NCBI GenBank assembly: GCA_951406725.2
Contig: OX597816.1
Span: forward strand, 142,290,001 to 142,354,000
DNA from: Octopus vulgaris
Lineage: Eukaryota
Direction: 5' to 3'
DNA length: 64,000 nt
The position numbers and the translations under genes were made by a program. The notes beneath the pieces were generated by a model, which was not told the origin of the DNA, did no database searches, and worked only from the letters and a program-made list of their open reading frames with translations. Shown piece by piece: positions 51,532-64,000 of the stretch. The number at the start of each line of letters is the position of its first letter. Positions within the stretch are counted from its first letter, which is position 1.

Positions 51532-52646
51532 TGCCCAGCTACCCTCTCAATTGATTTCTCCTCTACCTTTTATGTGGATTAACATACACATCTAATAGTT
51601 CATTGCTCTTGTTTCTCTCTAGCTTCTAAAAATCTTTCACCTTTGGTGCTGTTCCATGCCTTACAATCTTTCCATTCCTTCCTTACTCTAGCTATTATAA
51701 CTTCCACTACAGCTTAATTGGGTCACATAGGTAACTTAACCTATTAAGTGCATAAAAGTATACTGGAACATCACCACCTTTAGCAGAAGCAGTTAATTTT
51801 TTACGAAAGTAACAGTTCATTAAGAATAAATCAAAATAATCCATTATCTATTATAAACTTTTTATCAAACACCTTCATATTGTTTTGGAATGTACCAAAA
51901 TTATTTTTGTTCCCAGCTGAAACAAAACTGGATTGTTTTCCACACCTAGAAGCCATTCTATAATACAATTTACAAAACATCTTTCATTAGAATGATAATT
52001 TGTAACTATGCTGTTGCTTGGCCTGCTACAATAGTTATCAAATCTCCTTCAAAACAAGCCATGATCTTAAATAAAAGAGGGTACATTGGATGATGTAGAC
52101 CCTTATATACTCATATGATAACAAGCAAAACTGTTTTATGGCCACAAATAGATAAAAGAACAGACATTAGATTGTTGTTTTCTTTTTCATGTGTGTGTGT
52201 GTGTGTGTATGATGTTGTAGATGACAGTTGAAGTTTCTGCAATTACTTGCTGAACAACCTGCACAGATGATATGATCTTGCAATTACTAGTGCAACACCC
52301 TAACCACTAGGCTATGTTCTCTGTGTTGCCACTATAAGGCCTTCTCACTCCTGTTTACCTGCCTCTTATGCTCATTTGATTTTTTCCTTTGTTCCCTAAT
52401 AAAACTATAAAAGGCTGTCACCTCATGGTTCCAATAAGGTAGTGTTACACCTAGGAAATTGGATAATAAAACAAACCCAGCAGTATACAGAAAGTGTTTC
52501 TGCTATAATTGCAGGAGTTGTAGACTTCCCAAGCCATATAGAAGAAAAAACATCTATCTGAGTGTACTACTACTAGTTCTTTAGAAACATACTTTCTTTA
52601 AATATTTCTTTTTGTCCATTTTCTATTAATGTTTTCAATCTTACAG

Positions 52647-52786
52647 GTGGTGTTAAAATGGCATTTGATGTTGGCTTTGGTCGTGATGAACTGAACACAA
52701 AGAACCAAGACATAGATTATACTAATAATCAGCAGCATGTAGTGAGCATCAAAATTTCTAACAGAGGGCGGCACATAAGAATGCAG
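52647..52786 (+). CDS. Nrx-IV: Neurexin IV/CNTNAP internal exon, final LamG domain (140 bp, phase 1-0)
   Basis: GGVKMAFDVGFGRDELN...YTNNQQHVVSIKISNRGRHIRMQ. Acceptor ttacag|, donor CAG|gtaggt. Confidence 0.95.
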
Positions 52787-53901
52787 GTAGGTCTTAGTTT
52801 TGAACTATTCTGTAATCCATCAAAGGATGGTTTGCCAAGAATTGGTGATATTTTGTTCCATTACTTCATCAACCATATCTTAAAAATGGTTTATTTTCAT
52901 TGTTTTACCACATTGAACTAATGTCATCCCTATATTTCTCTTGTATTTTCTTTTTCTGTTTTTAATAAGAATCATCATCAACAAAACTTAAACATCTATT
53001 TGACAAATCTGCTCTTAGTCCACCCCACTCCCAAAAGGTAGTTACAGACCTATGATTTTGATGTAGTTAGTATTTTACTTGAACTTCTATTGAAAAATTC
53101 TTGGACAGAGAGGAGGTTCCAGAGTAAACTGCCTTCTGAGAAAAAGGGCTTGGGAGAAGTGTTTAGTCTGGGGTATGAGAGGTGAAACAGTAAAGTTAAC
53201 AGTAGGAGGTTAGATGAATAGAATTTGTGGGCCTAGATAGAGAAAGTGTACAGCTGGTTAGTTCATATTCAAGGCCACATTTAATTTCTTAAGAAATATT
53301 TGACTATTATGTTTCATTTAAGATGGCAAGACTGGTCAATATGATCTATCATATTTGATTCAGTTTAGTTGCACATTGAGATATTGATTTAATTGTATGA
53401 ATTACTAAGTAAAAGTACAAGGTATGCGATAGCCCAAAGTCACTTATGTTCCTATTGATAAATTCGTATTCTCTGTTACATGCTCTGTAGGTAAAACTAA
53501 CAAATGACTTCCAGTGCAGTTTTACAAATTCTATGTGTTAGTAATATGAAGATATACTTTAAGTTGGATATTGAGAGCAGCTTCTGTAGGAGTTGATTAG
53601 ACAAAAATTGTTATAAAAGTAGTTAGTGATGAACTTAGGAACCTAGGTTCCATAAATAAAACAAACAATGGGCAAAATCACAACCAGTAGAGGAACTTAT
53701 TCTGTTGCTCAACCTACGAAGCAGCAGACTTGACTTAGCAGTGACAATTGTACAAGGATAGGGAGAACACAAACTGCCTTTATGCTTTGGACCATAATGT
53801 CTCATAATTATTCATAATCAGTGTAGAGTGTTACTGAAATGATTTTTTTTTCTCTATATTAGAGGTAACCAAAATGTCAATTTACAGCAATGCAAAGTTT
53901 T

Positions 53902-54133
53902 TGCTGCTGCTGCTGCTGCTTTTCTTCTTCTTCTTCTTCTTCTTCTTCTTCTTCTTCTTCTTCTTCTTCTTCTTCTTCTTCTTTTCTTCTTCTTCCTCTT
54001 CTTCTTCTTTTCTTCTTCTTTTTCTTCTTCTTTTCTTCTTCTTTTTCTTCTTCTTTTCTTCTTTTTCTTCTTCTTTTTCTTCTTCTTTTCTTCTTCTTCT
54101 TCTTCTTATTCTTCTTCTTATTATTATTATTAT
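53902..54133. repeat. Compound microsatellite (CTG)n-(CTT)n-(ATT)n
   Basis: Read directly; about 200 bp of mostly CTT. Confidence 0.95.
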
Positions 54134-55416
54134 TCCCTCTCCACAACTTACTAGCTTTGTATCAAAATTTGAAACCATTATTATTAAGGCAGCAAGCTGG
54201 CAGAATTGTTAGCACACTGGGCTAAATGCTTAGCAGCATTTTGTCTGTCTTCATGTTCTGAGGTCAGCTTTACCTTTCATCCTTTTGGGGTTAAAATAAG
54301 TACCAATTGAGCTCTGGAGTTGATGTAATCAACTTAGTCCCTCTCCCAAAACTGCTGGCCTTGTGTCAAAATTTGAAACCACTATTGTTGTTGTCATCGT
54401 CTCCTCCTCTGTCACCTCTTCAAAACATTGCAGGCAAAACATAGGAAATATTAGAATAAGTTTAGAAAAACATTAGTGAGAAAAATCTATTTAAAAACTC
54501 CACATTGACAATGGAATTTTATTGATGTACCTCATAAATATCAATTATTGGATTAATTTTGATTAGAGATGTTGGTGTATTTCTTTTGATATTAAATTTT
54601 AACGCACACATGCAGCTACTATATTTATGCAGCTTCAGCTACTTAATGTATACACACATCATATACACACACACACTCATTTACAAACATGCAGCCACAT
54701 CTTAGATACTCATGTGTTGTAACATACAATTGAATATGCACATATTCATACAGACACATATCTATACATAAAGATGTTTTCACACAGATACCCACCAACA
54801 ACTTGAAGTTGAGAATTTTAAGTGTTGTGTATATTTTATATGCTTCAGTAGATTTATTTGCGTTTGTGTGTTTATGATGATGATGTATGTATATAGATGC
54901 ATGTTGTGCCTATGCGTGTATCTGTGTACACACACACACACACGCACGATTAACATTATCATCATTTTAATGTCAATTTTTCCATGTTTGATGAATCAGA
55001 CAGAATTCATTGAGGCAAATTTTCTATAACCATATACCCTTCCTGTTGACAACCTTCACCTCTTTCTAAGAACATAATGTTTCTTCAAGGCAATGCCCCA
55101 GCATAGCTTAAACAAGTAAAAGGATAAAAGAATATATATATACGTGTATATGTTCCTGAAAAAAGGAGATATGAAAAGATCATCAGATTTAGACTGAACA
55201 TCCTATATAATATATGTATCATCATCATTTAATGTCTTTTTCCATGCTGGCATGACAGGGGCTAGCCAGCCTCCAGTTGTCAGTTGTGGCATGGCTTCTA
55301 TGGCTGGATGCCCTTCCTAACACCAACCACTTTATAAAGTGTGCTGGTGCAGTTTGTGTGCCACCTGCACAGGTAGGTTAATGCAACACTGGCACGAGTG
55401 CATATATATATATATA

Positions 55417-55472
<56 letters not shown>

Positions 55473-55891
55473 CATACACACACATATACAGACATGCATA
55501 TTTAATACATCTTTGATTAAAATCAAAGTAATAATGATGGAATTGTGTACACATTTATGATGAGGAATATGATTTTGTGTATGCATGTGTACACTTCTAT
55601 GTATATGTATATCTGTGTGTTTGTATGTATATATATATAATTCACACACACACTCACTCAGTTGGTAATGAACACAGGATCATGTTTGTATGCATATTTA
55701 TAAAGTCTTGTGCTCAGTTATATACAATACAGCTTTCATATTCACCCACATACAGAGATGATTTAATTAATGTGTGTGTATTGTTTATATCATGGAGCCA
55801 AAGTGAGTTGTTTTTGTCCCATCTATTGTCTGCTACAAAAGATAGGTTTACTGATTGGTTTTCTTGCTTTTTTTTTTGCTTTTTTGTTTAG

Positions 55892-55988
55892 GTGGATAAT
55901 TATGAACCTGCAATTTTTAAAGCAAATGTGGGAGACCAAGTTGACTCTATTCTTGACAAACCAGCTATCATGTACATTGGCAGAAACA
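55892..55988 (+). CDS. Nrx-IV: Neurexin IV/CNTNAP internal exon, final LamG domain (97 bp, phase 0-1); next exon lies beyond the window
   Basis: VDNYEPAIFKANVGDQVDSILDKPAIMYIGRN matches Nrx-IV VDNYEP...MYIGKN. Long polypyrimidine tract plus ttag|, donor A|gtgagt. Confidence 0.94.
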
Positions 55989-56711
55989 GTGAGTTTCATA
56001 ATGTATTAGTATGAATGTGGACTGTAGTTGGCTGAGGTGATGATGTTGGTAGTTGTATTGCAACTAGTTTTGAGTGCACATCTCTTACATGGAGAGCTAC
56101 TCTTTAAATCTGTGAAATTAAATGTCATGGTTATTCCAGTAATGATGTTAGATATTTACCTAAAAATAGAATTGGTATTTTCTGCAAGTTATATTGCTTC
56201 AATAAACTTGATGGATCTGAGTGAAAAATAGTTTCAAACATGACATTCCTCAAAAAAAAAAAAAAAAAAGATAGATTGATATATAAAGCTGCTTTCTGCA
56301 GTTAAGGGTAATGTAATTTTGAGTGGATATATCTGATATATGGGTACAGAAAAAGATGGAGATGATAATTGTACTTGGTAGCAGAGTGAGTGGTGGTATA
56401 GTCTCATATTGGTATGGATGGATTGAGGATGATACCATTGACAGGAGTATTGATGTTGATTCTGAGAATGGTAGTTTTGTAGATAGAGATGAAAATGTTA
56501 GAGATGCTATTTCTGTTAGTGTGTGGGTGTAGGTGCTGTGCAGGCTGATGGGTTTCTTTGTGTCTAAATGTTTGTAAATATGTCACTTTAATTAAACTGT
56601 AGCAACATAAATAAGTGGAGAGAGAGATGGATATTTAGGCTTAAAGATATAAAGAACAGCAAACAGAAAAGATTTTATCAATTTTTATCTCAGAATAATT
56701 TACATTTCCAG

Positions 56712-56768
<57 letters not shown>

Positions 56769-57371
56769 TTACACCATGGTCACTGTGATTCAGTAAAGCA
56801 TGAATTCATTAAACTTCATCAGAGAAGAAATCACTGTGTCAATGTTGTAAGAATACAATACAAATTAATATAAGTATACAATATTCTGTTTTTAATATTG
56901 AGTTCATTCTTATTTGTGAACTACTACACTGACAAGAATAGAAATATATGTGTATGGTTCTTCTAATTTGTGTCTTCCTTTGCTTTTAATTTCATGATTG
57001 TGATCATATAATAATGATTATCATCATCAATATTATTATCATTGCTGTCATTTTTATAATTATTTTCATCACAGTCTTTGTTCTCATCACATTATTCCTG
57101 TCATGGTCATTATTCTCATCTTAATTATAATTTTCATCACACTGATCATTTAATATTCATGTGACAGAGAGACAAACAGATATAACAATAGTGAATATAT
57201 TCTTCACTTAAAATGAAACAACCCATTATGATTTTGCCCTTGGAAAGAATCTGCAGATCCTATAACCAGTCTGATGTCTTGTGATTTCAGCCTAGTTGGG
57301 TATCATCACTCAGCTTATTCAAATATGAATGCTCTTACAGTACAGATATATATATATATATATAAATAAAT

Positions 57372-57604
57372 AAATACAAAATGGGACAAGTACGCAAAAC
57401 ATTCAAATAGATGATACAAAAAACGGACGGGTCATTCGAACCCTCTAATCTTCAGTCAAGAACCGGATCATCCTCGCAATTTCGGCTGATTCAAAATTGC
57501 TAGGATGATCTGGTTCTTGACTGAAAATTAGAGGTTCCGAATGACCCGTCCGTTTTTTGTATCGTCTATTTGAATGTTTTGCGTTCTTGTCCCATTTTGT
57601 ATTT
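57372..57604. repeat. Near-perfect ~230-bp palindrome embedded in (TA)n
   Basis: ~110-bp arms with about 7 mismatches and a ~10-nt loop at ~57483-57493. Confidence 0.95.
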
Positions 57605-57645
57605 TTATATATATATATTATTGCAGCATACGTACACCTTATTCT

Positions 57646-57679
<34 letters not shown>

Positions 57680-58907
57680 CTCATGTCTGTAATTATCAAC
57701 ATCTAGAATATATCACATGGTGGTTCAGTGCATGGATATCATCATACAAGAAACCATCAAGCAAAGTTATATTTCTTCTAAAAATATTTGTGTATCTATA
57801 GTTCTTACTTTGTCAATAATGAGTTCACATACTTTCCACATGCCATTGTTAGCATGTCGAGCGAAATGCTTAGCGATATTTCGCCTGTTGCTATGTTCTG
57901 AATTCAAATTCCACTGAGGTCAACTTTGCCTTTCATCCTTTCAGGGTCGATAAGATAAATACCAGCTGTAGGCTGAGGCTGTTGTAATCGACTCATCCCC
58001 TCCCCCAAAATTGCTGTCCTTGTGGGAAAATTTGAGACCATTATTATTATTATAACAATAAAGACAGCTAACTGGCAGAATCAATAGCATGCCAGACAAA
58101 ATGCTTAGTGGCATTTCATCCATCATTACTTTCTGAGTTCAAATTCCACCAAGGTCAACTCTGCCTTTTATCCTTCCAGGGTTGATGAAATAGGTACCAG
58201 ATGAGCACAGGGGATCAATGTAGTCAACTCTCTACTCCTCCAAAATTTCTGGTCTTGTACCTATAATAAAAAGGATTCTTCTTCTTGTTATTATTACTAC
58301 TAAGGCAGAAAACTAGCAGAATCATTAGCACACTAGACGAAATGCTTAGCAGTATTTCGCCCATCTGAGTTCTGCTCTGAGTTCAAATTCTGCTAAGTTC
58401 GACTTTGCCTTTCATACTTTTGGGGTTATTATTACTACTGCTACCACTGCAAAGGTGGCAAAATAGCAAAATCATTAGCATACCTGACAAAATAATTTGT
58501 GGCATTTCATCCATCTCTATGTTCTGAGTTCTCATTCCACTCAGGTTGATTTCACTTTAGCCAAGTACTGAAGTTAATGAAATTCACTTACCCGCTCCCC
58601 AAAATTGCTGGCCTTGTACCAAAATTTGAAATTATTGTTATTATTATTACTACTACTTCTACTACAAAGATGGCAAGCTGGCAGAATCGTTAGCATGCCT
58701 GGCAAAATATTTAGTGGCATTTTACCCGTGTTTATGTTCTAAATTCAAATGCTGCCAAGGTTGGCTTTACCTTTCATCCTTTCAGAGTCAGTAAATTAAG
58801 TATCACTGAAACACTGGGGTCGATGTAACTGACTAGTCCCTTCCCCACAAATTTCAGGCCTTGTGCCTTTAATAGAAAGGATAATGATTATTATTATTAT
58901 TATTATT

Positions 58908-59190
58908 GTCTTTGCAAAGCTTCTAACACTGGAGATGTACTACAGTGTCAGCTGTTCACTACCAGTGAACTAAGGTAACACCTCTTATTTTTCGAGCACC
59001 TTTCAGAGTATTCAAGTGGTTCCAAGCAGTGCTGTTTTGTGCGAGTGCTCCACCCTTGTTGCAGCCTCTATTTGTTCCATGTACTTCTCAAGATTTTTGC
59101 TCACTGTTCCCAGGGCTCCAATAATTATTGGTACCACTACCACCTTTTTCATCAACCAAAATTGCTTAACCTCTCAAGCTAACCTGTCAA
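58908..59190 (-). mobile_element. R4/Dong-like (RLE) non-LTR retrotransposon 3' end
   Basis: Minus strand VVPIIIGALGTVSKNLEKYMEQI...KTALLGT..IL.KVL; flanked by (ATT)n on both sides. Confidence 0.8.
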
Positions 59191-59209
59191 ATCTATATTA
59201 TTATTATTA

Positions 59210-59242
<33 letters not shown>

Positions 59243-59994
59243 GCAACATTTTTTTCTGACTTTACATTCTGAGTTCAGATTCCACCAATGCCAAATTGGC
59301 CATTCATTCTTTTGGGGTCAATAAAGTATGTGCCAGTTGAGTACTGGGGTTAATGTAATTGACAACTCCCTGCTCCAAAATTTGAGGCTTTGTGCCTATA
59401 GTAGAAAGAATTATTTTTATTATTATTGAGTGAGAGAGCAATGCATGCCATCAAAGTGACACTGGAGTAAAATATACGATGCCCAGTATACCCATCATAA
59501 CTACCCGTCTGATAAGGGTACACTAGGCACATGCATCACAACCATATGTTTATCATATCAAGATAAACAGCACATGACCTTGCAGGTGAGGCCCAGTTAG
59601 AATTTTCTTCTGGTCAAGTAATCCATCCCGCTCAAAAGGTCCCTGAATAAGGGTTGTTTAAGGATGTTGAACAAAACACCCATGTTTCCAGAGGTGAATT
59701 ATTCAAACTCCAAAGAATCCCTCTCAACACATGGCTATGATGCTCCCCCACTACTTCTGCTCGTGATCAGAGATGCACATATCGTCAGCCACTAAGGGAC
59801 ATGCTCAACTGGTTACGGTCAAACAACTGACAAGCAAATCTGTGGTATTGAGTAGAATATTTGCTGTAGCCCATCTTTTATACCAAGACAAAACAATGTA
59901 CATGATAACACTTCCAATCAGTTAAGATCAGAAGCCACAAGAGCCACTGTGTGGTACTGCATCAGGGCATTTATTATTATTATTATTATTATTT

Positions 59995-60878
59995 TACTTC
60001 TCAGAACTCTTGGTCTTACTTGCTCTGCTTGATTCTTTGAGAGCAGGCAGCAACCTATTGTCAGAGTTCTCACAGGGTCTCTTTCAATAAATTATAAGCT
60101 TTGGTACTTGGAAGTTAACTTATTGTGGAAGACATTCAACACCCGAACACCTATCTCAGAATCCTAGGTGTCCCCAGTAGAGGAGTTTTTTGGGGCCTGC
60201 TCTGCCCTCATGTCAATTCCAATTTCTCAAACCTGGTTGATAGTGCTCCACTTATCCCTACAACTACTGGGATAACAGTTACTCTCTTCATTGCCCACAT
60301 TCTTGCAACTTATCTTTTAGTAGTTCCATCTTTTCCAGCTCTTTGTCATCTATGCATGCATCCCCAGGTATAGTAGTATCTATGATCTTGGTTTCCTTTT
60401 TTCTTTTATCTGCCACTATTGGGGAGTCACATCGGATTTTAAAATCCCACAAGATCTTATATTCATTGTTCTCAGTGGTGCCCTCTGGTTCATGTTTGTA
60501 CCATTTCTGTGTTGTATCCAGACTGTATTTTGCTTACAGCCTCTAGTAAATAAACTTAACCACATTATCATGCCTCCCTTTGTAGAGTTTTTGGTCCAGC
60601 TTGCTACACTCCCTCACAATATGTGAGATAGTTTCATTTTTGCTGCCACACATCCTACAAAGGGTGATCCACTCTCTTATGTATTTGGAATTTGGTGTAA
60701 GTAGTTCTCAAGTCTTGTTCCTGGGCACTGCACATCAGTGCCTCAGTGCATCCTTTCAGATCACTTTTTCTTAACCATTTCCAAGTGTTGGTCTTGTTTT
60801 TCCCTTCTATTTCCCTGAGGTATTGCCCATGCATTGTTTTCATTTTCCAGTTGTTTATTCTTTGTTCTTCATCTTGTT
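59995..60878 (-). mobile_element. R4/Dong-like (RLE) non-LTR retrotransposon 3' fragment
   Basis: KTMHGQYLR...TWKWLR...TEALMCSAQEQ, zinc knuckle CRMC...ETISHIV.EC, RHDNV, ILWDF; 3' end abuts (TAA)n. Confidence 0.88.
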
Positions 60879-63800
60879 AACACTGGGGTCAATGTAATCA
60901 ACTAGTCCCTTCACCCAAAATTTCAGGCCTTGTACCTTTAGGAGAAAGGATTATTATTATCAAGGACATTGATTTAGCAAGATTGTTAAAGTGATGGACA
61001 ATATTCTTTGTGATGTTTGTTCCAGCACTTTATTTGTAAGTTCAAATCCCATCATGGTCAACTTTTCATTTCATCCTTCTAGAACTGATAAAATACCAGC
61101 TAATACAAGAGTTGCTATCGTAAATTGCTCCCCCACAACCTAATTTTCTGACAAAGTTTGAACTCTCAGCCATGTGTTCAGTACTGTAACCTGTTAACCT
61201 CCAAGCCATTATACCATTTATTTTCAGTATATCTAATGTATATCTCATGCCCTTCAATTCTTGTTCTTATTTTATACCACAAAATTATAGTTTATTCATT
61301 TCTCATTAGATTCTGAGTTATAATGATGAGAGCCTCTGACACTGATATATAATTTCCAGAATATTTGTTGCAGCTATTAGTTCTGTTTTTCTTTCACAGG
61401 ACAAAATTTAATTTTATCAGATTAAGTAATAATGATGATAGAAATAGAAATAATAATGATTTTCATGATGCGATGGTGATAGCTAAGAAAAATTATTTGA
61501 TTTTTCATCATCATCGTTTTGTTTTTATTGTTGTTATTGTAGTTAGTGTTGATGGTAGTGTTCTTATTTATTCATTTTTATGCCTAGCCAATTCAGTTTC
61601 AAGCATGATCATTTATCATCCCATTAAATGAGTGAATCTGTGAATACAATTCTTGTCCATGTGAACATTAGTCAGTTAAAAAAAAAATACAAAAATGTTT
61701 ATGAAGATTTTTGTATTTTAACAGAAATCAATGAGATGAGAAAAATCTTAATTTGTTTTTAATGCCAATTAAGGTAGAGAGGTTGTGAGTTAAAGATACT
61801 ACGCTATTTACCACAAGATCATGATTTTAATTCTGCTATATCTTTGGAAGTGCTTACTTATTTTGAAGATTTTTTATGCAAATATAGAAATACACAAAAT
61901 TCTGATAGTTTGTCAATTTTTACTATTGTTAACAGCTTTCTTAACTTCGCTTATGTAAGAACAAATATCTTCTTGTATAATAAGGTTGTAGGGGTGCTAA
62001 AACTGTAATTAAAGATTGCTGATAATTATCTTTGCAATGTAATGTAATTCCAAGAATATCAATGTAATGTAATTCCAGAATGTCAGAGAAAGAAGCGATT
62101 TACCTCTTTTTTCTAAACAGTAAAATTAGATTTTTAAAAAGGAAAAATACAAATAAACACTATCCTTCATAAAGCTTCTTAAAATTCTTGGAAAATATTA
62201 AATTGTTCCAAATTTGTTTATCCATCCCATTAACTGTGTTTTTAAGTCCCAGCAAACCTAAGATCAAAGACAATTCCATTCATGGCCATCCTACCTTTTT
62301 ATAGGTTTCTGAGACAATATTATTTAATGTCCTCATGATCTTTTAAGGTGACAGGGTGTGAAGTGAGGGATATTTAGCTGCTATTTCTAACAGGCTGTAC
62401 AGTCATTTAGAAGCAGTCCCACATTAGCTTACTCATGACTATGTTGATAGAATATTTAGCTATTAGCTCAAAATTTACACCTTATTATCCAGTCCCCATT
62501 TACATCTAAAATAGCTCTAACTGTAAATAGGTATTACCTGGCGATACAGTTCATAAATCCAAATAACTCATATATCACTGACTGTTTACTCATATCAGTC
62601 TCAGCATTTTAACCAGCCATATTCAGCCCAAATATTCTACGTGTTTTATGTTCAAACCATCAAGATCTAGCCTTTCACACCTATCCTACAATGTCATTCT
62701 AAAAATAAACAATCACGTCAAAATCTCTTAATGTTAAAAGGTTAAGCCAAGAGAACTACGAAAAGCCTTCACTCCCACCTCTCTTTTATTAATCATCCAT
62801 ATTTGAAACACTGGGTTCTCTGCATCAGTCTGTTATACAACTCAGGAGAGTTAGTGTAAACATGTTTTCATAAGCTACAGTTATCTGGACTGTGTGGTAG
62901 CATTGTTCCAGCAGCAAAAGATGCTTATACAACTGAACTCCAGCTACCCAATATGTCACCTTGTGTTTCCATATCTCTGAAATAGAGGTTTTTTTTTTTC
63001 TTCCTTTTTCTTCTTTGTCTTAAACATGGATTGAAGTACTCAGGTAGTATAACTGGGCTTGCAGTGCAAAGATATCTCTTGAATGCATCATTTGTCTGCC
63101 AACTACCAGTTTTGAACCAAGGATAAGTAGTTTACTAACAAACACTTCTACCACGACTTCTTTACTTATATTTCAACCTCTGAAAAATCAGCAACTTCAA
63201 TAGCAGATTATCAAGTTGACTGCAATAGTATAGAATTGACATTTTATTAATTTTCGGCTGTACTTGTGGATATATTTTCGACAAGAACCAACCCTACCAT
63301 GCTGATTTTTCTAGATACACTATATAAAGACAGTTTTTAGTGCTACCCAGTATCACCTCAGCAGTGATAAAACTCATCATAAGAATCAGTTAATAGGTTA
63401 GGATTGAATGAAAGCTCTATGAACTGTCCTATACAGAGATCTCACATCATTTACAACAAATAAAATAAGCAACTAACTTCAACTCGTTGGCAGATACATA
63501 GATTGCCACTTGTGAACTTTCAGACAGACCTTCTTGCAGTATAATGGATGATACCTGACATCTCATACCACATAGTTAACTAATAGTATTGAGTGACATT
63601 TAAAATATTCAGGCTTTTGAGAGGGAGAGGTCACTTTATGCTGTGTTGAAAGACTAAAGTATGATAGAGAGACAAGCACACATGTCTTGTTGTAGAGAAG
63701 ATACATGGCTACCCAACACTATATGGGGCTGGATGGGGAGTAATAGTGAAGGGGATAAAAGAAGGTAGTGGTAGAGTGCTAGTGCAAACTCAAGATAAAA

Positions 63801-63953
63801 GGTGAACATGAAACAGGATATGGACAGTGAGTGAGGAGAAGAAAGTGTGTATATGTATGTGTGTGTGTGTGTGTGTATATATAGACTCATGTATGCATAT
63901 ATATATATATATATATATATGATTACCAAGATTCAATAACCATATGTGTGTGC

Positions 63954-64000
<47 letters not shown>

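Larger units (their letters stand above)
57840..61150 (+). mobile_element. Head-to-tail array of SINE family A with nested LINE fragments
   Basis: Eight or more units separated by (ATT)n; two tail types, TTGCTGGCCTTGT..CAAAATTTGA and TTTCAGGCCTTGTGCC..AGAAAGG. Confidence 0.85.

Noticed and set aside
53874-54225. Poly-F/K/E/S ORFs
   Set aside because: Translations of the (CTT)n microsatellite.
57840-59410. CRISPR-like repeat-spacer array
   Set aside because: Units are ~200-bp diverged SINEs with microsatellite linkers in a eukaryotic intron; no cas genes.
61400-61430. Next Nrx-IV exon after the acceptor-like ctttcacag
   Set aside because: The phase-compatible frame stops within 8 codons and lacks the expected GFxGC motif.

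Overview
This is AT-rich, repeat-dense animal genomic DNA. The SINE, RTE and microsatellite landscape points to a coleoid cephalopod, probably Octopus (inference). The whole window lies inside one large + strand gene, a Neurexin IV / contactin-associated protein (CNTNAP/Caspr) orthologue. Nine internal exons splice into one continuous frame with GT-AG sites, covering the fibrinogen-like region, LamG, EGF and the final LamG. The gene start and end lie outside the window. The most unusual feature is a recent tandem duplication of one coding exon (16726-16953 vs 17632-17835). The two copies are separated by the truncated 5' end of a piggyBac element whose TTAA site marks the duplication boundary. 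The extra copy keeps both splice sites, has an in-frame +24 nt change and gains two out-of-frame cryptic donors. The introns hold RTE and R4/Dong LINE fragments, three tRNA-SINE families (one in head-to-tail arrays), maT/mariner, hAT, piggyBac and Helitron remnants, several fold-back structures and decayed hammerhead-like repeats. Family names come from recognised motifs, not database searches.
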